In this document: piece after piece, positions 1-8,236 of the stretch
Layout of the letters: every line of letters begins with the position of its first letter
Position numbering within the stretch: position 1 is the first letter of the stretch
Source: Capsulimonadales bacterium
Lineage (GTDB): Bacteria; Armatimonadota; Armatimonadia; Armatimonadales; Armatimonadaceae
Direction: 5' to 3'
NCBI GenBank assembly: GCA_033762295.1
Contig: JANRLW010000059.1
Span: 1 to 30,928 of the forward strand
DNA: 30,928 bases
The notes under the pieces: model-generated
Database searches by the model: none
What the model was told of the DNA's origin: nothing
The model's input: only the letters and a program-made list of their open reading frames with translations
Program-made: the position numbers and the translations under genes

Positions 1-1
1 G

Positions 2-487
2 GCGGCCCACGTCGCCGACCCCCGGCGGGCATTGGCCGACGACTTTTTTTTTTTGGAGGGCGGCCCCTGGTGGGTGGTTTTGGTGTCCACGGTTCTGTTT
101 TTACGGGTGGAGCCGCCCGTTTTTGTTGGGCGGGGGGGGATCGACCGGACGCTCCTACGGGCGGTCGTGGGAGATGTCGAGGAGGACGATGCCGGGTCGG
201 ATATCGCTCGCTCTCCGGGGCAGCGGGCGCGTCACTATGCGCCGCGCGCCAAAGTGCTGCTGGTTCGCACGGACCTCCTTTCCCTGGTTCTTGCGCCGGG
301 CGACGGCCTGATCGCCGTCGGGAACCGTTCCTCCGTGGAATACGCCGCCGCGCTATACGCCGACCTCCGGCGTCTGGACCGACGTGAAGTCGCCCGCATC
401 ATTGTCGAAATGCCGCCGCAAGGCCCGGAATGGCAGGCGATTCACGACCGCCTGAAGCGAGCGGCAACGCAGAAGGTGGACCGGTGA
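2..487 (+). CDS. sua5: L-threonylcarbamoyladenylate synthase Sua5, C-terminal part (5' truncated; first ~140 nt look error-ridden)
   Basis: Motifs 'RSPGQRARHYAP' (SPGxxxxHYAP), 'YAAALYADLRRLD' and 'WQAIHDRLKRAA' match the Sua5 C-terminal domain. The upstream 'AAHVAD...EGGP...STVL...EPP..GG' resembles a degraded YrdC domain end. Confidence 0.85.
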   Translation, partial: AAHVADPRRALADDFFFLEGGPWWVVLVSTVLFLRVEPPVFVGRGGIDRTLLRAVVGDVEEDDAGSDIARSPGQRARHYAPRAKVLLVRTDLLSLVLAPGDGLIAVGNRSSVEYAAALYADLRRLDRREVARIIVEMPPQGPEWQAIHDRLKRAATQKVDR

Positions 488-1767
488 CGCCGGTTGTCGT
501 GATCGGCGGCGGCGCGGCCGGGATGCTTGCCGCCTGGCGGTCCGCCTCGCTCGGCGCGCCGACCCTGCTTCTCGAAAAGAAGCATCGGCTCGGCACCAAG
601 ATTCTGATCTCCGGCGGCGGCAAGTGCAATCTGACCCATGCCGGGACGATGGAAAGCCTTCGTCAGAAGTTCCGTGCCAACGAGGGGCGTTTTCTCCGTC
701 CGTCCTTCTATCGTTTCACCAACGAGGACTACCTGCGTCTCCTGACCGACCTGGGTATGGAGGTTTATACCCGTCCGGACGGGCGAATTTTTCCGGTACC
801 GCCCGCCGACGCGCACGATGTCGTCGCCCTGATGGAGACGGTCGTCCGCAATGCCGGCGTGACGGTGCGCCTGGAGACGCCGACCTCCGGGGTCGCGACC
901 GACTCCGGCGGAATCGTCGGCGTCGATACCGAAAGCGGCGAGCGGATTGCCGCGCGTCAGGTCATCATTGCGACCGGCGGTTCCTCCTTCCCGGCGACCG
1001 GTTGTACCGGAGACGGCTGGCGATGGCTCGGAAACCTGGGGCATACGATCGTCCCGCTACGCGCCGCGCTGGCCCCGCTGTATCTGGACCCGACACCGTC
1101 CGCCGATTGGAGCGGGGTCGCCCTGCGCGACTGCGTCCTGAAGGCGCGTGCCGCCCATGCCGACGGAACGCCGGGCAGGGAGCGGATGCGCTGGCGCGGC
1201 GATCTGCTGTTCACGCATAAAGGGGTCAGCGGCCCGACCGCCCTGGGGGTGTCGCGGGAGGTAGCGGAAGCCATCCCGGAGGAGAGCCTGGTCGAGGTCG
1301 ATCTTCTGCCCGACGAACCGCACGACCGACTGACCGCCGCCCTGATCGCCCACTGTCGGGAGAATCCGCGCCGTTCGGTCAGCGACTTCACGGAACGGTA
1401 CGTCCCCCATCGCCTGGTTCCCGCCGTGTTCGGCGCGGCAGCGACCGAACCGTCCGTCCGGGGCGCGCACCTCGGACAGAAGGAGCGCAACCGGCTGGTC
1501 AACACCCTGAAAGCCTGGCCTCTGGGGCGTGTGCGCCATGTTCCGCTGGAACGGGGCGAGGTCGTGGCCGGTGGCGTCTCCCTGGACGAGGTCGATCCGC
1601 AGACGATGCGCTCGAAAATCGTGCGCGGACTCTACCTGTGCGGCGAGGTTCTCGACATCGCGGGGCCGGTCGGGGGGTATAATCTACAGGCAGCCTGGTC
1701 TACCGGTTTCGTCGCCGGAGAGACCGCCGCCCGGGACGCCTTGTCCACCGAACAGGAAAGAACATGA
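484..1767 (+). CDS. NAD(P)/FAD-dependent oxidoreductase, HI0933/BaiN family
   Basis: 'VVVIGGGAAGMLAA', 'GTKILISGGGKCNLT', 'ATGGSSFPATGCTGDG', 'LLFTHKGVSGP', 'GEVLDIAGPVGGYNLQAAWSTG'. GTG start at 484 overlaps the sua5 stop (GTGA). Confidence 0.93.
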   Translation: MTPVVVIGGGAAGMLAAWRSASLGAPTLLLEKKHRLGTKILISGGGKCNLTHAGTMESLRQKFRANEGRFLRPSFYRFTNEDYLRLLTDLGMEVYTRPDGRIFPVPPADAHDVVALMETVVRNAGVTVRLETPTSGVATDSGGIVGVDTESGERIAARQVIIATGGSSFPATGCTGDGWRWLGNLGHTIVPLRAALAPLYLDPTPSADWSGVALRDCVLKARAAHADGTPGRERMRWRGDLLFTHKGVSGPTALGVSREVAEAIPEESLVEVDLLPDEPHDRLTAALIAHCRENPRRSVSDFTERYVPHRLVPAVFGAAATEPSVRGAHLGQKERNRLVNTLKAWPLGRVRHVPLERGEVVAGGVSLDEVDPQTMRSKIVRGLYLCGEVLDIAGPVGGYNLQAAWSTGFVAGETAARDALSTEQERT

Positions 1768-2378
1768 AGATTCGTCACCACTGGTTGTCGTTCGTTGCCG
1801 CCGCCCTGCTGTCGGCGGCGCTGATCGCGGGCTGCGAGGAGAAACCGGCCGCCCCCTCGGGTAACGCGGGCACCGAAACCGCCGCCTCGCCGGAACCGAC
1901 CACGGAGGCCGCCCGTCCCGCCGAATCACCGTCCGGCGAGAACGTCATGGGTCCGCCCACCCCGCCGCCGGCCGCGCTGGCCACTCCCGCGCCCGATCCC
2001 GTCAACATGCCCAAGGTTCCGTTCAAGGGGAACGGCCAACCGGTCACGACCAAATCCGGGCTGATCTACGAGGATATGACCGTCGGCACCGGAGCGGCTC
2101 CGAAGACCGGCCAGAACGTCAAAATGCAATATGTCGGCTGGGACGCCACCGGCACGATCTTCGACAGTTCCTACAAGCGGGGCGAACCGTTCGAATTCAC
2201 CCTCGGTGTGGGTCAGGTCATCAAAGGCTGGGATGAAGGCGTCGGTTCGATGAAGGTCGGCGGACGGCGCAAACTGATCATTCCGCCGGACCTGGCATAC
2301 GGCGGCCGCCCCGGCATGCCGTTCGACACGGCGAAACCTCTCACCTTCGATGTCGTTCTGGAAGGAATCGCGGAGTAA
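1764..2378 (+). CDS. FKBP-type peptidyl-prolyl cis-trans isomerase, predicted lipoprotein
   Basis: Lipobox 'LIAGC', Pro/Ala-rich linker, and FKBP core 'FDSSYKRGEPFEFTLGVGQVIKGWDEGVGSMKVGGRRKLIIPPDLAYG'. ATGA overlap with the upstream gene. Confidence 0.95.
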   Translation: MKIRHHWLSFVAAALLSAALIAGCEEKPAAPSGNAGTETAASPEPTTEAARPAESPSGENVMGPPTPPPAALATPAPDPVNMPKVPFKGNGQPVTTKSGLIYEDMTVGTGAAPKTGQNVKMQYVGWDATGTIFDSSYKRGEPFEFTLGVGQVIKGWDEGVGSMKVGGRRKLIIPPDLAYGGRPGMPFDTAKPLTFDVVLEGIAE

Positions 2379-2415
2379 TCGTCGGACCGGGTGTCGGGTC
2401 GGGCCTTCCTCGTCC

Positions 2416-2444
2416 TTGACACCCTCCGTCGCCGAACGTATAAT
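2416..2444 (+). promoter_or_regulatory. Consensus sigma70 promoter for the MalK-like gene
   Basis: TTGACA (2416-2421), 17-bp spacer, TATAAT (2439-2444). Confidence 0.85.
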
Positions 2445-2555
2445 TTCCGCAGAATTTCGACGAAGGTGGGGACCGGGTTCCGCGCCTTCGTCCATGCAGA
2501 AAGGCCGTTGCGGACGAACACGGATCGTTCGTCCGAGCGTGTCAACCGTCCGACT

Positions 2556-3725
2556 ATGGCCCGCGTAACCCTACGTAATCTTTTCAAGATCTTTACCGAC
2601 CAGCAGACCAAAAAAGAGGTCAAGGCGGTCAATAACCTGAACCTGGAAATTCACGACGGGGAGTTTCTGGTGCTGGTCGGCCCGTCCGGCTGCGGCAAGA
2701 CCACCGCTCTCCGCATGATCGCCGGTCTGGAGGAGATCACCTCCGGTGAAATACTGATCGGCGACCGGGTCGTCAACGATGTCGCCCCCCGGGACCGGAA
2801 CATCGCCATGGTGTTCCAGAACTACGCGCTCTACCCGCATATGAGCGTCTACAAGAACATGTCGTTCGGTCTGGAACTCCGGATGCTTCCGAATCTGCTC
2901 CGGCAGATTTCCAATCCGGGCGAGACCAAAAAGATCAAGGAAGAGATCGATACGCGCGTTCGCGCCGCCGCGGAAACGCTGTCGATCGGTCACCTGCTGG
3001 ATCGGAAACCTAAACAACTGTCGGGTGGCCAGCGACAGCGCGTCGCGCTCGGCCGCGCGATCGTGCGCGAACCCCAGGTCTTCCTGATGGACGAGCCGCT
3101 GTCCAACCTCGACGCCAAACTGCGCGTCCAGACCCGCGCCGAACTGATCAAACTGCACCGGCAACTCAAGGTCACCACCATCTATGTCACGCACGACCAG
3201 GTCGAGGCGATGACGATGGGTCAACGGATCGCCGTCATGAAGGACGGCGTCCTCCAGCAGTGCGACACCCCGCTCAACCTCTACCACTCGCCGGCCAATA
3301 TGTTCGTCGCCGGGTTCCTCGGCACACCGTCGATGAACTTTGTGTCCAATGCCACGGTCACGAAGAACGGCGCGGGTCCGGTCGTCGATACCGGGGCCTT
3401 CAAACTCCATCTCCCGGAGGATCGCGCCGACGCGCTGAAACCCTACATCGGCCGCGAGGTCGTCCTCGGCATCCGGCCGCAGGACATCCACGACAAAAAC
3501 TTCGCTCCCGCCCACCTGAACGGGCAGGACCCGATCCGGATGTCGGTCGATGTGATCGAGCCGATGGGCGCGGTGTCCACCGTCTTCCTCAACGCCGGTC
3601 AGCAGACGCTGGTGGCCGAGGTGGACGCGGAGACCCGCGCGAAAGAGGGCGCCCCGATCGACGTCCTCATCGATGGCGGAGCCGCCCACCTCTTCGACCG
3701 CGAAACCGAAAAGACGATCGTCTGA
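2556..3725 (+). CDS. Sugar ABC transporter ATP-binding protein (MalK/MsmX/UgpC family)
   Basis: Walker A 'GPSGCGKTT', 'LSGGQRQRVALGRA', 'MDEPLSNLDAKLR', 'YVTHDQVEAMT' and a C-terminal OB domain. ATG at 2556 (MARVTL) was chosen because it lies downstream of the promoter. Confidence 0.95.
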   Translation: MARVTLRNLFKIFTDQQTKKEVKAVNNLNLEIHDGEFLVLVGPSGCGKTTALRMIAGLEEITSGEILIGDRVVNDVAPRDRNIAMVFQNYALYPHMSVYKNMSFGLELRMLPNLLRQISNPGETKKIKEEIDTRVRAAAETLSIGHLLDRKPKQLSGGQRQRVALGRAIVREPQVFLMDEPLSNLDAKLRVQTRAELIKLHRQLKVTTIYVTHDQVEAMTMGQRIAVMKDGVLQQCDTPLNLYHSPANMFVAGFLGTPSMNFVSNATVTKNGAGPVVDTGAFKLHLPEDRADALKPYIGREVVLGIRPQDIHDKNFAPAHLNGQDPIRMSVDVIEPMGAVSTVFLNAGQQTLVAEVDAETRAKEGAPIDVLIDGGAAHLFDRETEKTIV

Positions 3726-3737
3726 AAACGCCGGACC

Positions 3738-3764
3738 GCCCTCATCCCGGCCGGGGATGGGGGC
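3738..3764 (+). terminator. GC-rich hairpin after the ABC ATPase gene (possible terminator, no U-tract)
   Basis: gccctcatcccggccggggatgggggc forms an imperfect inverted repeat 12 nt after the stop codon. Confidence 0.4.
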
Positions 3765-3792
3765 GTCCTTGCGTGCGGTAAAATAGTCGATC

Positions 3793-4386
3793 ATGCAGGA
3801 ACAATCCCGACAGAAAGGTCCCGCACCGACGCCGGAACCGCCGATCGATTCCCCGCCGCCCCGAAAACTCAGCCCGACCGAACTGAAAGCCGCCCAGGCC
3901 GAAGCCCTCGCCCGACTCTGGGAGGAGTTTCATCGGCTGAACGCCACCTTCTTCGAGGGAAAACTCACCCTCCGCGAAATCCGCTTCTCCACCCGAAAAC
4001 AGTACGGGGGTTACTACCGTCCGACCGAGAGCCTGATCGTTCTGTCCTGGCCGTCGTTCGTCGCCTTCGGCTGGGAAGAGACGATGAACACCTTTCGTCA
4101 TGAGGTGGCGCATCTGGTCCACTGGAACCACACACGCGAGTTCTGGACGCTTGCGGAGAAGCTGGGGAGCCATCGCAAGTACGCCCGGATTCCGGAGAAC
4201 CGGGAACATGCCTACTGCCGATACGTTTACGAATGTCCCGCCTGCAAGACGAAGGTGTTCCGGAGGCGGCGACTGGTCCGATCCTCCTGCGCCCGTTGCG
4301 ACCGGCAGTTCAACCCTGCCTTTCTGCTTCGTCTGATCGAATCCCCGTTTTCGCGTCAGGCAAAGAAACGGCCGGGACTTCCGTAA
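3793..4386 (+). CDS. SprT-like zinc metalloprotease domain protein with C-terminal Zn ribbon
   Basis: 'FHRLNATFFEGKL', HExxH 'HEVAH', 'NHTREFW', and CxxC pairs 'YECPAC'/'SCARC'. Confidence 0.85.
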   Translation: MQEQSRQKGPAPTPEPPIDSPPPRKLSPTELKAAQAEALARLWEEFHRLNATFFEGKLTLREIRFSTRKQYGGYYRPTESLIVLSWPSFVAFGWEETMNTFRHEVAHLVHWNHTREFWTLAEKLGSHRKYARIPENREHAYCRYVYECPACKTKVFRRRRLVRSSCARCDRQFNPAFLLRLIESPFSRQAKKRPGLP

Positions 4387-4858
4387 AGCCGTAACGGGCG
4401 TACAAACGAAGGGCGGGAAGGCGTCCGGACGACGTTTTCAAACAGACGCGCGAGTGGCCGAGTTCCTTCAGGCGACCAAGCGCGAACGTCAGCAGGACTT
4501 TGCCCAATCCCGCTCCTTGAAACGCGGGCAGCACGTACAGCCAGTGGATTCGTCCCCAGCCTTCCCACTCGCCGGTGCCGTACCAGGCACCGACCGTCGC
4601 CACGGGCAGGTCGCCGCTTTGCAGGAAACAGACCCGCTCCCGGATGTCGGCGTCGTTCGCGCCGTACGCGCGGGAAAAGGCGTCCGCCTCGACGGGGCCG
4701 AACGTTTCCGCGGCCCGGATTAACGCGAGCCAGGCGTCGGCATCGTGGCCTCCCTTCAGGTAACGCCATGCCAACCCGGAGGGCAGGTTCGCTTCGGGAA
4801 TATGTTCCAGGTCGGGCCGTCGGAGCCAGATCGGACGATTTTCTACGGTTGCCTCCAC
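4310..4858 (-). CDS. GNAT family N-acetyltransferase
   Basis: Motif A 'IHWLYVLPAFQGAGLGKVLL' and motif B 'RLPALRLYARYGF'. Confidence 0.88.
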   Translation of the reverse strand: MEATVENRPIWLRRPDLEHIPEANLPSGLAWRYLKGGHDADAWLALIRAAETFGPVEADAFSRAYGANDADIRERVCFLQSGDLPVATVGAWYGTGEWEGWGRIHWLYVLPAFQGAGLGKVLLTFALGRLKELGHSRVCLKTSSGRLPALRLYARYGFTEVPAVSLPDAKTGIRSDEAERQG

Positions 4859-4899
4859 AAACCTATCATACCGGAACGGAACGGACGAAGGAAATCGGG

Positions 4900-5772
4900 G
4901 TGGGGATAGTGCAACTTAGCGTCGTGGCACCCTCCGTCTCCTCACCGATCCGTATCGCGGTCCTGTCCGATGTCCATGGTAACCGGGTCGCCTTTGACGC
5001 CGCCCTGCGCCGCGTTCGGGAGCTTTCACCGGATCTTCTGGTCTTTGGCGGCGATATCGTGAACGGCAGCCCGGACAGTCGGGATTGCTGGGATATGGCC
5101 CTCGGCTACGATGCCCCCCTGCTCCGGGGAAACCACGAACGCTACATCCACCAGGCGGACCGACCGGACCGGCCGGCGGAATGGGCGCTGGAACGGTTCG
5201 CGCCCGTTCGCTGGACGGCGGAGCGTTTCACACCGGCCGAACGGGCCACGATGGGCGAACTTCCGTTGCTCTACCGGCATCCGGGTCTTCCGGAGATACT
5301 TTTCTGCCATGGCAGCCCGCGTAACGACAACGACGCCATTCTCGCGCATACGCCGGAACCGCAGCTGGCGGAGATGCTCGCCGGGATGGAGGAACCCCTC
5401 CTGATCCGTGGTCACAACCACGCGGCGCAGACACGCTTCTGGCAGGGCAAGATGATCGTCACCTGCGGGTCGGTCGGGTTGCCGCTCGACCACTTCCCGA
5501 CCGCGCAGTTCCTCCTCCTGGAACGACGGGGCGGTCGCTGGGAGACATTGCACCAGAGCGTGGAGTACGATCTCCGGGCGGCGGCGCGGCGGTTCGAGGA
5601 GACGGGATACCTGCGGGACGTCGGCCCGGTGGCACGGCTCTCCCTTCGGGAGGTGATGACCGCCTCGTTTCACTGGGTCCCGTTCCTGAAGACCTACTCG
5701 AAGTGGTCGCCCGATCACTCCCTGCCGCTCGGCACCGCGATCGAGCGATTTCTCAACGAAGATACTTTTTGA
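4900..5772 (+). CDS. Calcineurin-like metallophosphoesterase (start uncertain: GTG at 4900, 4909 or 4924)
   Basis: 'SDVHGN', 'GGDIVNG', 'RGNHE', 'CHGSP', 'RGHNH' and 'CGSVGLP' motifs. Confidence 0.88.
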   Translation: MGIVQLSVVAPSVSSPIRIAVLSDVHGNRVAFDAALRRVRELSPDLLVFGGDIVNGSPDSRDCWDMALGYDAPLLRGNHERYIHQADRPDRPAEWALERFAPVRWTAERFTPAERATMGELPLLYRHPGLPEILFCHGSPRNDNDAILAHTPEPQLAEMLAGMEEPLLIRGHNHAAQTRFWQGKMIVTCGSVGLPLDHFPTAQFLLLERRGGRWETLHQSVEYDLRAAARRFEETGYLRDVGPVARLSLREVMTASFHWVPFLKTYSKWSPDHSLPLGTAIERFLNEDTF

Positions 5773-5790
5773 GACCTCCGTGAGTATGTT

Positions 5791-7920
5791 ATGAGCATTT
5801 GTTTCGGAGCGCTGGCCGCTCTCCTGCTGATCATGGAAGGAAGTGTCATGGGGCGGAACCCGTCGACCGGCGCGGACCGCGCGCCGATTTTCTATGTCGC
5901 CACCAATGGCAGCGATGCCTGGTCCGGAACGCTCCCGACGCCGAACCGGTCGAAAACCGACGGTCCGTTTGCGTCGGTGGCTCGCGCCCGCCAAGCCGTC
6001 CGTGAGGCGAAGACGCAACCCGGCGGCCCGATGACGGTGGCGATTCGCGGCGGTTTTTATCCCCTCGCGGAACCGCTGACGTTCACCGCCGACGATTCCG
6101 GGACGCCGGAACGACCGATCACCTACCGGGCGTACGAAAACGAAACGCCGCAGTTGAGCGGTGGCCTCCGGATTACCGGATGGAAACGGACATCAAAAGG
6201 TGTCTGGCAGACACAATTACCCGAGGTCGTCCAGGGGCAGTGGTACTTCTCCCAGTTATATGTCAACGGGGAGCGGCGCTACCGCCCTCGCCTCCCGAAG
6301 GCAGGCTATTTCCGGGTGGCGGAGGAGGTTCCGCCGACCGAGGCCGTCCGGGACGCGGGCGACAACCGTTTCCGTTTCCATCCGGGCGATGTCCGCGCCG
6401 ACTGGTACGACGCGGGCCGCATCGAGGTGCTGCCGTTCCATATCTGGTCGATGAGCCGCCTGCCGCTGGAATCGGTCGATGTGAACGAACGCATTGTCAC
6501 GCTGGCCGGGCGGACGAGCGGACGCGTTTCGTATCTGGCGATCCGCAAGGGCAACCGGTATCTGATTGAGAACGTGCGCGAGGCGCTGACCGACCCCGGA
6601 CAGTGGTATCTCGACGCGCGGAGCGGCATCCTGACCTACCTGCCGCTTCCGGGTGAACGTCCGGACCGGGCGCGGATGATTGCGCCCCGTCTGGAACGTC
6701 TGCTGGTTGTCCATGGCGCACGGCATATCACCTTTGAAGGGCTCGATTTCGCGCATACGGGCTGGAACGTGCCGCCGACGGGGAACACCTTTCCGCAGGC
6801 CGAGGTGAACCTCGGAGCGACGATCGAGGCCCGGGACGCCGACTCGATCCGGCTCGTTCGCTGCCGCGTTCGGAACACGGGTAACTGGGCCGTCGCGCTG
6901 GGAGGCAGCAGCCGGAACTGCGTCGTGGAAAGCTGCGAACTGTCCGATCTCGGCGCGGGCGGCGTGAGGATCGGTGAAATGGCGTACCTCCCGGACGAAT
7001 CTCAATTGGCCCACCGCAACACGGTCTCGAACTGCCGGATCGCCCACCTGGGCAGAATGCACCCCGCCGCGGTCGGTATCTGGCTCGGTCATTCCCATCA
7101 CAACCGACTCCTGCACAACGAGATCGCCGACCTCTACTACACCGCCATCTCCCCCGGATGGAGCTGGGGCTACGGCCCGAGCGGGGCGCATCATAACGAG
7201 ATCGCCTTCAACCACCTGCACGACATCGGTCAGGGTGTCCTCTCCGATATGGGGGGCATCTACACCCTCGGAGTCGCTCCGGGAACGACGCTTCACCACA
7301 ACCGTATCCACGATATCCGGTCGTTCGATTACGGCGGCTGGGGCATCTACTACGACGAAGGCTCGACCGGCGTCGTCTCCGAGAATAACCTTGTTTTCCG
7401 GACCCGATCCGCGCCGTTTCACCAGCACTACGGGCGAGAGAACATCGTCCGTAACAACATCCTGGCCTTCGGACAGGAGGCGCAGTTGATGCGTACGCGA
7501 GCGGAGGACCACCTGTCGTTCACCCTGTCGAACAATATCGTCGTCTGGACGGAAGGCCCGCTCCTCGGTTCGAACTGGTCCGGCGACCGGTTCATCCTCC
7601 GGGACAATCTGTACTGGCGCTTCGGTCAGCCGGTCACCTTCGCCGAGGGCATGGATCTGGCGACCTGGCAAGCCAGGGGGTTCGACGCCGGTTCGCGGAT
7701 CGCGGACCCGCTGTTCGTCGCGCCGGAGAAGGGGGATTTCTCCCTGAAACCGGACTCCCCGGCGTTGAAAATGGGGTTCGTGCCGTTCGACCTTTCGACC
7801 GTCGGTCCGGACCCGGCGACGGTGAAATTCTTCGGCTGGAAAGGGCCGGTTCGCCTCGCTCCCCCGGCGTTCCCGACGCCGCCTGCCGGGACATCCCCAC
7901 CCCGTGGGACCGCCCCCTGA
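5791..7920 (+). CDS. Secreted right-handed parallel beta-helix protein (pectin-lyase-like fold, putative glycoside hydrolase)
   Basis: N-terminal hydrophobic stretch, 'FYVATNGSDAWSG', 'DSGTPERPITYRAY', repeated Asn-ladder PbH1 segments, 'LSDMGGIYTLG', 'GWGIYYDEGS', 'ADPLFVAPEKGDFSLKPDSPALKMGF'. Confidence 0.85.
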   Translation: MSICFGALAALLLIMEGSVMGRNPSTGADRAPIFYVATNGSDAWSGTLPTPNRSKTDGPFASVARARQAVREAKTQPGGPMTVAIRGGFYPLAEPLTFTADDSGTPERPITYRAYENETPQLSGGLRITGWKRTSKGVWQTQLPEVVQGQWYFSQLYVNGERRYRPRLPKAGYFRVAEEVPPTEAVRDAGDNRFRFHPGDVRADWYDAGRIEVLPFHIWSMSRLPLESVDVNERIVTLAGRTSGRVSYLAIRKGNRYLIENVREALTDPGQWYLDARSGILTYLPLPGERPDRARMIAPRLERLLVVHGARHITFEGLDFAHTGWNVPPTGNTFPQAEVNLGATIEARDADSIRLVRCRVRNTGNWAVALGGSSRNCVVESCELSDLGAGGVRIGEMAYLPDESQLAHRNTVSNCRIAHLGRMHPAAVGIWLGHSHHNRLLHNEIADLYYTAISPGWSWGYGPSGAHHNEIAFNHLHDIGQGVLSDMGGIYTLGVAPGTTLHHNRIHDIRSFDYGGWGIYYDEGSTGVVSENNLVFRTRSAPFHQHYGRENIVRNNILAFGQEAQLMRTRAEDHLSFTLSNNIVVWTEGPLLGSNWSGDRFILRDNLYWRFGQPVTFAEGMDLATWQARGFDAGSRIADPLFVAPEKGDFSLKPDSPALKMGFVPFDLSTVGPDPATVKFFGWKGPVRLAPPAFPTPPAGTSPPRGTAP

Positions 7921-7959
7921 CCGGCCGGGAACGCCGCGTCAGGATTTCCCCGAAGCGAT

Positions 7960-8023
7960 CGGAAACAGAACGGAAACAAATTCGGAAAATTGTCTTAACA
8001 TTTTCTTAAAATACCCTTGACAG
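7960..8023 (+). promoter_or_regulatory. Array of six ~11-bp-spaced direct repeats (OmpR/PhoB-family-like operator) upstream of glnA
   Basis: CGGAAACA at 7960, CGGAAACA 7971, CGGAAAAT 7983, CTTAACAT 7994, CTTAAAAT 8005, CTTGACAG 8016. Confidence 0.6.
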
Positions 8024-8045
8024 GGGGGGGTCGCGTTTTTATAAT
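8017..8045 (+). promoter_or_regulatory. Consensus sigma70 promoter of glnA
   Basis: TTGACA (8017-8022), 17-bp spacer, TATAAT (8040-8045). Confidence 0.88.
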
Positions 8046-8236
8046 CTTGCGTGACGCCGCACAATGAACGCTGCGGTGTCGTTCACGAAAAAGCGTGAAC
8101 GGATTCCCCCAGAATCAGTCGTCCGGCAGACTTGTTACCAGGGCAGCGCTGCACCCCAACTCAGGATGGTCGCCCCGGCTGGTGTCCGGTCTTTCATGGG
8201 AAAGACCGTGTTATCGTTCAAGCGGAAACGGTAATC

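Noticed and set aside
1..140. Poly-T run and divergent, T/G-rich translation at the start of sua5 (possible phase variation or pseudogene)
   Set aside because: It lies at the window edge and reads like a corrupted version of conserved Sua5 motifs. A low-quality sequence end is the simpler explanation.
4310..4386. Convergent 3' overlaps (SprT/GNAT 77 bp; also asnB/phytase 26113-26138) as antisense regulation or a toxin-antitoxin pair
   Set aside because: The overlaps involve only unconserved-looking tails, which is common in GC-rich genomes.
8052..8236. Canonical glnA (glutamine-I) riboswitch
   Set aside because: Only the short CGTTCA word matches. The E-loop and closing motifs are not seen, so it is reported only as an unclassified leader.
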